37,922 nucleotides of DNA from Dimargaris cristalligena. Its lineage: Eukaryota. The DNA lies in contig ML002365.1 in assembly GCA_003614675.1 (NCBI GenBank), positions 1 to 37,922 on the forward strand, written 5' to 3'. Below the pieces are notes generated by a model. The model did no database searches. It was not told where the DNA came from and was given only the letters and a program-made list of their open reading frames with translations. The position numbers were made by a program, and so were the translations under genes. Shown here one piece after another: positions 23,496 to 36,700 of this stretch. Each line of letters opens with the position of its first letter. The stretch's first letter is position 1.

Positions 23496-26400
23496 GGGTT
23501 GGTGTCGGCTACCAGGGAATGCGGGTTTTTTTCATTTTGACTTGCACTCCTTCGACCACTGACGCGCATGGTGTACTTCCCGGCCTCCCAGTTTGATTGG
23601 GGAGGAATCACCATCTCCTCCTAATCTCCAATGATCCACCCTCTCCCCTGGTCCAGCCATATAGAGGTATTCTCAGGATGCTCCTCAGTACGCTAGTCTC
23701 CTCTAGAGGGAATAGCGGAGAGGTAGTTTATGTCCCCGGCCTTAGCCGTTAGTTTCTTTTCCAGGGATTTAGAGAAGCTGAACTGTCATTGGATGGTCAT
23801 AGTGGCCGACTTCCCACAGCGCCCACTACAGCCCTGGCTATTTTTATTTCGGAACAAAACACCTGGTGGATATAACTTTATCATATGTTCAATGTCCACT
23901 GTGCGCTATCCCGCCGAGTCCTTAAAATGGTCTGTGCAGCGTAACTCCCTTATCCAATGTGACCGGCTAGACGCGACCGAAACCCGGTCGCCAGGCGGTG
24001 GGCACTACTCGACTATACCTGTGGTTTGAACTTGCGATACGCCTATTTTAATAACAGGTCTATATCAGTTACCATCTGGGCTACTCAGACCTACCCAAGC
24101 TAACCACCCCAAACCCCCTGAGTCCCAAGGTTTGGCTATTTTTCCCGAGCCCTAGCTTCCGTATTAACGCTCCTAGCTTCTCATTTCCGAGACCGCTATC
24201 CCCCGCTTAGTTCCTAATTTATTGGCTAGTTTCCGTATGTATACTTACATCCGGGGGTCTATTTCCACATGCCTTCGTATCGAAATGACCTACTGATATA
24301 ACCGAAGCGTATAGGCATGTGTAATGAACAGGTAAAGGTAAAATAGGCGGAATCCATATTTTTTTAACCAGCTAAATTCGTCCTACCTATTAAATTATTT
24401 GATATACAGCTAGGTTGAATCTCCCTCCCATACACATATATATATTTTGCGCTATAGTTGGTTGGGCCTCTAGGCAAATCCCTTGGCTGATTCATCCTCC
24501 ATACCCACGGTAGACCACTAGCTCGAACGGATAGGGCACCAATGACAGCAGTTATCTAATGATTCCCAGTAGGTCGATTGGTCAGCCATTCAATCTCTAA
24601 CTTCTCACCCCCCTCCCCTTTTATCCATTCCTTCTACCGGTCATGTGCGGGATTGGTTTAACAGGTAGTTTTTATACGCCCATGTGCGACATTTACTCAT
24701 GGTCAGTTGTCAGTCCTGCGGACTAATACACGCCAAAAGACCAGCGCCAGGGAAGCTACCGAATTATTCCACACATTGTTTGGTCGGAGATGGGTCAACT
24801 ATTCGGTGCAACTCATCCTACCATTCGTTATCTGGACTAGGCGACTGAACCTCCTTTGGAAACTCCTGAGGCCCCACGATGGCCTCTTGCCCTGTAGAGG
24901 GTATTGGCCATGTACATTGGCCAGGGTAATGGCGGCATCCCCACCACCGAGTCTAGCACCCGGCCCATGGACCAACCCTTTTCTAAAATAAGGAAAGGCA
25001 CGCTGCCAGAGAACTCGAAATAGGTAAGTCAAGGTTAATCCCCCAAACGCCCCGCATTTTTTTCTTTACGGAAAACGAACAGCAGTTGGGCTAGAGGCCG
25101 GTTATGCTCAAGTTTAAACCCACTCCCACCCCGCTCTTCAATATATTAGTATGGACCCATGGGGACTGAGACCTGCTTGAAGTCGTGCTTTATCGAAGGG
25201 CCCCTCCGCCGGACATGACTGCCAATTACTAAAATCATAATGAGCGGCACTTTGAAACTGACCGATTTAGTAAGCAATCCCCTCCTCTTCATGAATCCAC
25301 CTTTGGAAGGTGAGACTAACAATACGAACATCCCCCTCACGTTTATATGTTACCCGCTTGGTTGGATGGCTTATCTAAGGGGGCTAGGGGCTTGGTGTAT
25401 TTCAACCACATGTAAATCCAACCGAATCGGTGTGGAGGAGGGTGTACTGGACTCAGTCGTGGAGAAAACAAATCCCTTTTCCCTGGCTGTTTTTCCTATA
25501 TTTTTATATTTTCTAATTCTTAACCAATTAGGGCAATCCCACAGGTCGATTAAGGTTCGACTTGCCCATGACTAAAGCGGCTCCCGGTTTATTATGGTTG
25601 CCCTTGCATTTACAGCGGATTCTAAATCCAGGTATCAATCATTCTTCAACAATAAACCTAAACAAGGGACCACTCGGCGTTGAAGTAGGAGGGGGGGGGG
25701 GTTGCAAGGCCATAGCTCGGCCGAATTGGGAGGGATCTGCTCAAGCACGTCGGTAAAGTCCATACTCACCTCCTAAATCAAGCACCCGGTGCTGACGACT
25801 TGGTTTAGGAGTTTCCAGTGTTAAGTGAAGAGTAGGGTAAATCCATCCCACTGACCTTCCGATTGTTGTTGAAGCCAACGTCACTATCTACACTGGCCTT
25901 GGATTGTCATCTTTTCTATAATACGTTTATAACGCATGGCCCAGAAACAAACGCATAAAAAGTCAAGGGAAGGTATCAGAATAGTTATCTAAACGGGTAA
26001 GGGGCTAAAGAAAATATAGATAGTGCGATGGATATAATGAGTAATTCTGGAAAAATCCCCCAAAAATCCACATTTTGGTTCAGTTTGATCCAAAGTAGCA
26101 CTTTTATTATTATTTAGCTATTAACTCGGTAAAACAATTATTATCTTATTGAACTTGACCCGATCACCACCTTTGTTTCTTTACAGTCCATGTGGTCTAA
26201 ACCAATTCAAGGTGCGATAGATACCCATGCCAGCACTCTTTGTTCTCACCACTCTAAATGGCCGGTTTTACCTATGCCCCTACTGTTCACATGGTATATT
26301 TACAATAGTACCCAAAAGAAGGACGGCGGGGGCAATTTTGCGAATTACACGTTAATTATAATAGTGACAAAGCAAGAAGCCATTCTCTGGATGCCCTATT

Positions 26401-27848
26401 TTGTCCACTTTGGGAATTTCTCTAAAAATGGGTAGTTAAATCCTACATCCGCTGTTGTCGGCGACCTTTCTTGTCAGGGGGAGTACTCCACGCCCATCCA
26501 CACACCGCCCTTCAATGGCTACGATAGTGGAAAGTGTACTTATTGATACTAACAGGCAAAGGTATTGATAATAATTAGATTATAGGCGGTGATGAATATC
26601 GCCAAGCTGACATGGCTATTTACTACTCTTGATGATTCCTGCATTTCACAATTCTTGCTCTTTTGAAATACGTCAGGGTCGCGTTGCTTCGTTTCCACCT
26701 CACTCTATAACTTTGAGCTACGAGTAACTTAACTGACTGGGATTGTTATGTAGGCGGTTTCATTAAAAAATACTTACCATTATCCACTGCCCGAACATAC
26801 TATTAGATTCAAAGATGTACCAGGGCCTCATCTGTGATCTAAAATATCCACTGACAAGGTATTCAATTAGACCAACTCCGGATTATATAAAGCAGTGATC
26901 AACTGTCGGACTTAAATATTTTCTAATTGACCCAGCTGACAAGTCATGTCATTCAATCTGAGCTAAGGGTCCATACTTGGGCTAAATTGATCTTTTTGAT
27001 GAGGTTGCTAAAAGCAGCCCATCCTTATGGGTTGTATATCTAATAATGCGCCTAGTCAAAAGTGGTAGCACATGTGGGGACCAACTATTAGAAAACCATA
27101 TCTAGGACAGTAGTATATATATATCATCAAATTCACCTACTGGGAAATGTACCGACGCTACACTGGCCTCGCTGAAAATCGAAACTCACTTTCACGGAAC
27201 TAACGCGGACCTAACCAGCACCACTAGTTATTCAAATCATCGACCTGGTATCATTGGAGGTCTGGTACTGGCCAGCTCGAACAGTCCAAAGTTGATTAAT
27301 GTCCATATGCTTGAGTTTAGCAATCTTGCAGGTTTTTATTTAGTCACCATTGACTACCCGTTATACATTCCTGGCGATGGTGTGACAAAATACTCTATTG
27401 GAAACGTAAAGAAGATACGGGTCAGACGGATTAGTTTTTGAGAACTAAAAAAGGATTGCATATAATATTAGAAAAACGACATCGCATAAAAACAAACTCT
27501 AAAATCTAGATAGTGAATTAGTCGAGAACCTTCGATGCTCTATAAAATATATCTACTATGAATTAATAATTGGTTCAAGAATATAGCCACACTAGGACCA
27601 ATACAGAGGGACTTGTTACCACGTTGGTAACACGGAAGTATATGAAAAACTGGATAACATGAATAAATACCTATATATTATTTGGTTGTAGAAACTCGCT
27701 AGCTAAACTAGGGGGGTAGGGAAGGGGTAGAAAAGTAGAAATAAAGCCATAATAGAGGGCGAAATTTGGCTGTAGAGATGGTAAGCGAGTCCAAAGGGAA
27801 TGCCAATGGCTTCCGAGGAATTGCTTGGTTTAGACAAGTATAGTATGA

Positions 27849-29622
27849 TTAGCTAAGGCTGGATTTGGTATTTCGCCAAGCTTGGAGTAGCCTGACAAAA
27901 AACCCGGCGGACCGATTATTGTTACTTGAATAGGGGGGATGCGGTCCGTCAAAGAGTTGGTTGAATTCATCTATATATATATCATCTCCTTTGGAGGAAG
28001 ACCCTGGCAAATGACTAGATTTAACCTGGCCATCTCCATCACTGCCGTACTTCTTCATTGACTGGTACTGTTCCAGGGGTTCGCGGACATAACCCGAGTA
28101 TTCGGCATACTGGAGCGCAGTGGGGTGTTCCAGCACGGCCACGGGGACCGCTTGTAGCAAATCACCGTCAGGGGTAAGATGCTGGAATTGTTCGTTCAAA
28201 AAATAAATGGGGTCCAGAATATCGTCTTGGGTAATATCGCCGGCATCCTGGGATTCGGGCCAGATTTGGACTAGGTAGTTCGCCGCTCGATTCAATCGGC
28301 GCGCTCGCAGTTCGTCGATTAAATTAGCATGTTTCTGGCGGAAGGTCAGCGCTCGGGCAGCCGTTAGGGAGGTATCGTATTGGGCAATAAGATGATCAAC
28401 TTCCAGGACGATTTCCCTCTGGTCATCCAGGGCCGCCATAGTGACGGCCATTTGGGCAAAGTCGTGCACGAAATACGTGAGCAGTGAATTATAATTCCGG
28501 CCGTCGGTCAGATACTGTTGCAGAGTCCCAGAAATGACCTGGAAGATCCCCTGGACGGTTTGCCAATCCCGAAGGCGACAGAGGTACCACAGTACGCCGA
28601 AGATGATTCGGGTCATGGCCTCCCGAAGGTAAAGGCTAAGGGGCAGTTTGCCTGATAGAGCCACCAGATTCAAAGTTCCGGAACTAGTAACTGTTTCGCC
28701 CATTTCCATGCTCCACATTTGCAAATGCAGGTTCATGAGGTCAACGGCCGTGGTGGGAGTCAAGTTGACCAACAGGGGAAAGTAGGCCTGGAGGTCCTCG
28801 GGCACCAATTGGCCCACCGCCACCAGAACCCGGCGGTTCTGGGTCACCAGTCGGTTAAGTCTATTGTCCTTTAGAAAGGCGTGGTAGCGCCCCCCACGTT
28901 TGAGTGTGGTGGGATGGGGTGGGGCCGTTTTGCTAGCTAAACTTTGCACGCATTCTTGGTAGGATTGGGCCCAGCGCTTATCAATCTTGTACAATAAAAC
29001 GTCCCAGGCCTCAATTGGGGCCATGGTGAACCACAGAGGTCCAAAAGATTTCCACTTCTGGGAGGTCCGGATGACCTCCTGGGCGAGTGCCACTGTTTGG
29101 CTCCAATTCCGGTGAATCTAGATTTAAATGGGGTGTGTGCAGGTAGGTCGGGTATAGTGAAAGGTGAAAAAAAGGTAAGATATTGCCAGGGGTTGCGCTA
29201 GCTTGGAGGCGGGGATATCTTTTTGGATGGGTTGATTTTAAGGTGATTTTTCGGGTCCCCCAACGCAATAAAGGTACTATCGTTACGGTTGTTACTCTGA
29301 CTGTCTCGTATAGTTAAATAGGTGGACACACAAGGTGTACCACCTCCCATATCTAAATGTGAATTACCTCGGTCTTGAGATTCCAGCGAGCTTTTTGACC
29401 GATAAAAGATTCTTCCAGAGCCCATGTTCCAAGATTTTCAATGTCAATGTGAGAAAATATTTGACAAATGAGCTCCTCTGGCAAAGTATCCAGGTTCTTG
29501 GGTAGGTGGTTACTATTCGGCTGTGGGAGGGTTGTCGCAATGGATGGTCCTTGACTCGGATTCGCCTCCATCATACAATGGAGGCCCGGGACTATGGCTG
29601 CCACTAAATATAGAGGACGCAT
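27849..29622 (-). CDS. Putative secreted protein with N-terminal F-box-like motif, two exons (29622-29368, 29117-27849), 507 aa
   Basis: Joins the 89-aa and 414-aa track ORFs: donor GAG|GTAATT at 29367, pyrimidine-rich tract and acceptor aaatcTAG|ATT at 29118, both phase 0, giving ...NLKTE-IHRNWSQTVALAQE.... The N-terminus is hydrophobic (MRPLYLVAAIVPGLHCMMEA/NP), with LDTLPEELICQIFSHIDIENL at aa 44-64. Confidence 0.75.
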
Positions 29623-29793
29623 GGTTGTAGGCTAATGATAAAGAAAAATTCAGCCGGAAATGGATAATTGTAGGGTAATAGGTAGAGGCAGAGATATCCA
29701 ACTATAGCCGACCTTAGAGGGCAAAGATTGAACATGCTAGTTATTGGGCAATTTTATCAATTCCTTCTACCCAGAGAGCAATGTCCCGTCTAA

Positions 29794-29799
29794 TTTATA
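29794..29799 (-). promoter_or_regulatory. Putative TATA box of the F-box-like gene
   Basis: TATAAA on the minus strand ~170 bp upstream of ATG 29622. Confidence 0.45.
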
Positions 29800-30871
29800 C
29801 TCCTCCGTAATCACATGAAAGTTTTCTGCATCCCGAAAAAAGCAACAATAGCGGGCTTCGCTGTGTTATGCATCGTAGAGGGCGATGCTTCTAAGACTAA
29901 ACACAGCGTAAACCACTGATTGTGGTCTATTTGGGGACCAAGCCCCGCACCCAATGACCTTTAGGATGGTACACAGCGAAGTACCACTGTGTTACTTAAG
30001 TACAACTCCTATGAAATGACCGAGGTGCTTGAGGTTGTTAGCTGATATCAATCAGTGTAAAGGTGGCCCTGGCCTGTGTCCAAAACCTATTCACTTGCCT
30101 AAAAGGACCCGCTTGCTAGCGTATAGATTAGGAGATTGGCCAATCGGTACCACTATCCATTAGCACAGAGACAGCCGAATACACAAACCTATTTTTACCG
30201 GACTTGTCGCCCAACGTTGAGCAGATGTGCTATATTCGCAATTTCTTGTAATTTCCCGTGGGTGTGTGTAAGAGGGGGCTGGGTCTGTGTATCTGTAGAG
30301 ATGGCTTCCATTTAGCCATCTTCTTCCCCTTTGGTCCCGAGAGGCGCATTTCAATTTAGCCCTCTAGACAGTGGCAGCTGATACAGCTTGGCTGAAAGAA
30401 TTCACTCGTGTTTCCATTGTGTAATGACAACTCCCTTTAACGGTCGGTAATATTGGGTAATATGTCGGCGTCTCAATTTTTTTTTTCAATGGGGCAGTTC
30501 TCTCATTGTTGTCCCCACCTGGTTGGGAGTCTCTCGTGAGTAGACCATATGTAATCTTTTATTCGATGTGAATGGCCGGAAAAAAAGGAGGGCAGTCAGC
30601 ACTTTAGTACACATAGATCCATGCCTCTAATACCCCCCGATCGGTGGTCGGTTTGAGATAAATAATAGATGAGTGCACTTAGAGAGGGATCTACAAAAAT
30701 GAAGTTAAAATAAAGAGCGAGAAAAAATAGAATCATCTAGCTCTCCAAAAAAATAATTAAAGCGAAATGTGGTACGGGGTTTGTTTTGGCTTTAAAAGAC
30801 CAATGGGCGTTGCAAAGTAAGAGTGGCCGATCCCGGGGGTATCAGTACAGGGTTAAACATAGTGCCATCAA

Positions 30872-32035
30872 TTAGGAGGAGTTGGGGAGGGCCAGGAACT
30901 GATTGGTACATGAATGCTCGGATAGGTGGAGACTATCTTTGGGGTTGCAATGGCAGAACTTATTGAGGGCCTTGGAGTTGGGACAGTTGTAGAAGGGCCC
31001 GTGGTAATAGCCCACGTCCTCGAACCAGTGCACTTCTTCCTTCTTGAGGAACATGGCGACGGCCAGGGAATGTACAGGGGCGTCACCCCATCGCTCGTAG
31101 AAGAAGCCGCCGGCCTTGTCCAGATAGTCAAAGTACTCCATGTATTGCTTGGACCGCAACCAAGAGAGGCTGGCGATTTCAAAATTGGACCAGAAATGGC
31201 ACAAATTGTAGTCACCGTCGGTCCCGTTGACCCAGCCCATAAGGTTGTTCTCGGCAATTAGCTCGGGGCGCTGCTCCATGAAGCGCTTGGTGGTTTCCCA
31301 TAGGGTAGGGATAGTGTCGCGGTACTCGAAGAGGGAAATGGTGAAACCATACTTGAGCTGGCGCTCCTGCATCATTAGGAAGGGGTCGTACTGAAGGTCG
31401 CAAAAGAAGTTCACGTCCGGCTCGACCCGCCAGTAGTACTCGTATTCGTCCATGAGGGGATGCCGGAAGAAGAACCCGGACTCGAAGCGGCACATGTGAC
31501 GGTAGGATTCGCTGGATCCGTAGATGATGTCCTTCATTTTGACACGGGTATCGGCGGCCTTTTGCTCGGAAATCCAGCTGGGGAAGCTCCAGTGCTCTTT
31601 GGGAATTAGGCCGTACGAGGTGTTACCACTGGTGATACTGGTGGTGAGCTCTTTGAAGTGGTCCGTGAATTCCTCGTTGTTGAGGAACACGTACGGGTAA
31701 TTGTACTTGTGGTTGAAGCGGTCCTCGAGTTGCCGCAGGGTGGCCCGCATAGAATGCAGGTCATCGTTGCGAACCAGGATGACGAAACAGGCCTTGGCCC
31801 GCCGGGCGGTGTAGGGAGGGGGATTGTATGGCGTGAATGAGGACCAATCGTACTCGGGGGCCTCGGAGTCACCACCTCCCGGGTGGAGCTTCAGCTTGAC
31901 CCGGGGATTCTCATCGGAGCCAGCCTGGAAGCTCTGGGATAGAAACGGGGTCAGCAGGTAGTGGATGGCAACGACGAGGATAAGGACAATGAAAATGACA
32001 CGAAGGCTGAGTTTGCCTAGAATGCCTGAGGCCAT
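30872..32035 (-). CDS. Alpha-1,2-mannosyltransferase, glycosyltransferase family 15 (KRE2/MNT1/KTR family), 387 aa
   Basis: Type II membrane anchor (LRVIFIVLILVVAIHYLL), motifs ACFVILVRN, LEDRFNHKYNYPYVFLN, SYRHMCRFESGFFFRHPL, YYWRVEP, YNLCHFWSNFEI, GGFFYERWGDAPVHS. First ATG MASGILGK at 32035. The specific paralogue cannot be assigned. Confidence 0.95.
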   Translation of the reverse strand: MASGILGKLSLRVIFIVLILVVAIHYLLTPFLSQSFQAGSDENPRVKLKLHPGGGDSEAPEYDWSSFTPYNPPPYTARRAKACFVILVRNDDLHSMRATLRQLEDRFNHKYNYPYVFLNNEEFTDHFKELTTSITSGNTSYGLIPKEHWSFPSWISEQKAADTRVKMKDIIYGSSESYRHMCRFESGFFFRHPLMDEYEYYWRVEPDVNFFCDLQYDPFLMMQERQLKYGFTISLFEYRDTIPTLWETTKRFMEQRPELIAENNLMGWVNGTDGDYNLCHFWSNFEIASLSWLRSKQYMEYFDYLDKAGGFFYERWGDAPVHSLAVAMFLKKEEVHWFEDVGYYHGPFYNCPNSKALNKFCHCNPKDSLHLSEHSCTNQFLALPNSS

Positions 32036-33701
32036 GGCAGCGAGGGGCGGCCGAGTGACTGGGCAGGGAAAGCAGGGTGTGTGACAAGGGAAATGTGCGC
32101 GCCAGAGCAAGTCGAGGAACGAGGATGGTGAACGAGAGAGAGGTAGTGACGGGAGACGAAAGCTCCGCGATGGAGATGGACTAAGTGGAGGTTTGGGCAG
32201 AGGGAATGAAAGCAGACGGCTCGTCGACCTGGAAGGGAGGCAATCGAGGAAAACCTAAAAGAAGGATACAGTAGGCATTGAGGTTTCTCAATATGCGGGC
32301 AGGCGGGGAATATAATAGGTACGTCACATTTGATGGGAGTGACAGGGGGGAGCGGGAAGGATGGGCCTTGGCGACTAGAGTGGGTAGAGTAAACCCTAAG
32401 AAATCCCCTTTCACCAAGACAGGCTCTACAAAGTGGTTGGCCGTAGCACCAACTTCCCCCAAATAAAACACGTGACGAAGGCGGGTACTGTGTAATATAC
32501 CCCATTCATAAGGAAGGGTTTCTTAGTTATTATTTATCCCTAATTAATCGTGATAAAGTGTTTGGGCCATTGTGATCACTAGGTCTTCCAACCCATATCA
32601 CTAGCCCACCATACTCAAACTCGCACCATATATAAGGATCTATTATTTCCTAGATTTGTTATAATATCTGCTACAGGAGGAAGATGGCCATATATATGGA
32701 CCACCACTTCCCATCACTACTACTCACCTATAGAGGCTGTTTGATTCGGCCCAGGGGGGGGATGTCCATGCGCTCTATTACGAGAATCCTACATATCAAC
32801 CACCTTTCCCGAAAAATAGGCTAGTGATACTACTGTCTCTCGATCTACTCAGGCCGTAATCAGAAGGCATATACCAAGCCATTTAGTTAGTTATTGCTAT
32901 TGCACAAGGCGTCATTCAATTCGTCGACACCCAGGCCCTCTGTTGGTTAAACGGTTTTACCATAAACATATATATTGTTTCTAAAATCTCTACGTTCTGG
33001 AAACAATGAACTCGGTTAGGGCCTATGGATAGATCTGGACGTAGTTGGACAGCGGTACCAATTGTCCATGAGTTAACATAAATCGGTTTCTTAAGGTGCG
33101 AACATGATGTGCCACCAGCATTTTTATCAATTGCATCGACAGTTTCAGTATCACCCATTTACCCTCAAAATCAACTATTGCTGTCGCGCTTTTAATAATC
33201 TAGATTACCACACCCAAATCTATGGGCTTTGGAGCTGTTGGACTTTGGTCTGTAAACCCTGCATCTATACTTGACCCAACTCCGACGTATTCACCGGCTC
33301 TGTTGTGCAATCCCTTCTCCTAAAATCCATAGTTGTAGAAGGTTGTTGTCAAACTCCCTTTGGGGCCAACAAACCACCCCCATTCGATATCTACAAGGCC
33401 AATTCCAATGAAAGGGGCAACCACACGAACCCCCGCTCCTCAGTGGTTGCTCCATGGTCGCCATTAACACTCAATGTTTTCATTTTTCGCCCTCTTCTCT
33501 CCCTATCTCACTCACTCTCTCTCTCTGCCGAAACTGATTCGTGTTTCCTTTGTTTACCAGTTTCGTGGGCATTGCTTCTCTACTATCTTTCCACTTTATT
33601 TCGCCAGTGTATTGTTACCACCTTCGCGGGGCGTATTTCCAGTTAGTTCACTTCCCGGCTCTCGATATTTGGAAAGCCCCATTCGAACCATTCGGTTGTA
33701 C

Positions 33702-36700
33702 ATGTTGACCACCATGACCGAAGTTCAGGTAAGTTATGGACCCCAGGTCGCAGAAGGAATCCCCGTGAGGAAACGCGTTTACAGAGCGACGGCTAGTTCG
33801 GATTACTCCTAAGGGTAGTGGGGGTTATGGTAGCCTTGTTCCATGCCATTGTATACTATACATGCGCTCTGGTTCATCTTCCATTCCCTCCCCCTCAATA
33901 GCCGGTACTGTCTTTTCTCCCCACTTCTAATTTGACCCCTGACTCACCGAATTCTCCACCCATGTTGCAAAATTTGCCCTTAATGTCCGGGACCTGTCCC
34001 TGCCGTACCGCATTTCCATCGGAATTAGCACCCCTCTGATATCAATGACACCGAGTCCGAGAATGCCACTCCTACTCCCGAAGAGCTCGTTACATCGATG
34101 AAGCTCCGCGACGAAAGTGACACGGAACGGTCCGCTCGTCGGTTTGCCTATTTACTGACCCTAACCGACCTGTTTTCCCATTTTCTGCGGGACTTCGTAA
34201 CCAACCCAGAAATGAAGGCGGCCATCGATCGTCATTTGGCGGAACATCATAAACCCGGCCAAAAGGCCGGCTCCCGGCGCCACCGTAAAACGGAGAAGGA
34301 AGAGGATGCCGAGCTTCTCGAAGGCGAAACCCATACATCTAATCAAGTCGCCCAGGTCTTTAGCGATTCCCCCCGTTATGTCGAAGGGGGCACCATGCGC
34401 GACTACCAAGTCCAAGGGCTTAATTGGATGATCTCGCTCCACAATAACAACATCAACGGTATCCTGGCTGATGAAATGGGCCTAGGCAAGACCCTGCAAA
34501 CCATTTCCTTCCTGGGTTATCTGAAGCTCTTCCGGGGAATTTCCGGCCCGCACCTGGTGGTGGTCCCCAAATCCACCCTCCACAACTGGCAAAGCGAATT
34601 CCGAAAGTGGGTGCCGGCCCTCAACTCGTTCATTTTCCACGGCAGCAAGGAGGAGCGTCCCCGACTCATCCAGGAACGCCTGGTCCCACTCTCGTTCGAC
34701 TGCTGTATCACCACCTACGAAATGTGCCTACTGCACAAGAGCGACTTCAAGAAAATCAACTGGGAGTACATTGTCATTGATGAGGCCCACCGCATTAAAA
34801 ACGAAAACTCCAGCCTGTCCCAGATGATCCGCTTGTTCAACACCCGCAACCGCCTATTGATTACCGGTACTCCGCTGCAGAACAACCTCCACGAGCTTTG
34901 GGCACTGCTCAACTTCCTGCTCCCCGACGTATTTCGATCGGCCGAGGACTTCGATTCGTGGTTCCAGGTGACGGACGGTAACGACCAGAATACCCTTGTC
35001 ACCCAGTTGCATGCCGTTCTGCGGCCCTTCGTGCTCCGGCGGGTCAAGGCCGACGTGGAGCACTCCCTGCTCCCCAAAAAGGAAATTAACCTCTATGTGG
35101 GCATGAGCGGGATGCAGAAGAAGTGGTACCAGAAGATTCTGGAGAAGGATATAGATACGGTGAATGGGGCTGCCTCGGGTAAAAAAGAGGGCAAAATGCG
35201 CCTCATGAATGTCGCGATGCAACTCCGCAAGTGCTGTAACCACCCCTACCTCTTCGATGGGGCCGAACCGGGACCCCCATATACCACCGACGAACACCTC
35301 GTGGACAATTCCGGCAAAATGCTGATTCTAGACAAGCTGCTCAAACGAATGCAAGCCCAGGGATCCCGCGTACTCATCTTCAGCCAAATGAGCCGCATGC
35401 TCGATATTCTGGAGGACTACTGTATTTTCCGGGATTACAAATACTGCCGAATCGATGGCCAAACCGACCACGAGGACCGTATCGAGGCCATAGATGCGTA
35501 CAACAAACCCGGCAGTGATAAATTCATTTTTCTGCTGACCACGCGGGCGGGTGGTCTGGGGATTAATCTGGTGACCGCCGACGTGGTTGTCATCTACGAT
35601 AGCGACTGGAACCCCCAGGTCGACCTACAGGCCATGGACCGAGCCCACCGTATCGGCCAAACCAAACAGGTCTATGTATTCCGATTCGTCACGGAGAATG
35701 CCATCGAGGAGAAGGTCATTGAAAAGGCCTCCCAGAAGTTACGCCTAGACCAGTTGGTGATCCAGCAGGGCCGGCTGTCCCAGCAACAGACCACCACCCG
35801 GGGGGACCTGCTGACCATGATCCAGCATGGCGCCGAAAAGATCTTCCAGAGCGGAACCCAGGACGACGAGGGCTTAGCGGACGCCGACATTGACACCATC
35901 TTGGCCCGCGGTGAGGCCAAAACCGGTGAACTCAACAAGAAGTACCAGACGCTGGGTCTCGACGACTTGCAAAAGTTTTCCCTCGATACGATTAACTCCT
36001 ACGAATGGGAAGGGGAGGACTATCGCGGTAAGCGCAAGGCCGAAATCATCGGACTGAACTGGATTCAGCCGACCAAACGGGAGAGAAAGTCAAACTACTC
36101 CGTCGACGAGTACTACCGCGAGGTTTTCCGGGGCCCTCCCAAGGCGCCCAGTGCCCCTCGGCTGCCCAGGCCCAAGAAACTGGCCATCAATGACTTCCAG
36201 TTCTACCCGTTGGAACTCAAGGAACTGTTGGAGAAGGAAGCCGACTACTATCGCAAGTCTATCAACTACAAGGTTCCCTACGAGGGAGACCCGGCCGCCG
36301 ACAGTGTCGAAGTCCGGGAGGCCAAGGAAGCCTCGCAGGCCGAGGAACAGGCCAAGATTGATCAGGCGGAGCGCCTAACTGACGCCGAACTCGAGCTCAA
36401 GGAGCGCCTCTCGACCGACGGTTTCGAGCACTGGAACCGCCGGGATTTCCAGGCCTTTATCCGGGGTTGCGAAAAGTACGGGCGGACTAACCTAAAGGCC
36501 ATTGCCGATGATTTGGAGGGTAAAACCCTGAACGAGGTCCGGGCCTATAGCCAGGTGTTCTGGAAACGGTATCCTGAATTGGCCGATCACGAGCGTCTCT
36601 TGGCCAACATTGAAAAAGGGGAGGCCCGTCTCGCCAAACAGCGGGAAATCCAGCGGATGCTCACCCAGTTTGTCCGGTCGTGCGAACACCCCCTCCAGCA

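Noticed and set aside
24700..26440. Short plus-strand ORFs with splice-like sites (GTAAGT ~25024, tttctttacAG ~26186)
   Set aside because: No coherent exon chain, coding bias or recognisable protein.
26770..26780. ATACTTACC resembling the U1 snRNA 5' end, or a minus-strand splice donor
   Set aside because: Not followed by TG or U1 stem-loop motifs; as a donor it gives only short non-protein-like frames.
27614..27632. Isolated 8-bp hairpin TGTTACCA-cgt-TGGTAACA as a transposon end or terminator
   Set aside because: No partner terminal repeat, target-site duplication or transposase nearby.
15992..32035. ALG6 and GT15 as a glycosylation gene cluster
   Set aside because: 13 kb apart with unrelated genes between them; no sign of functional clustering.
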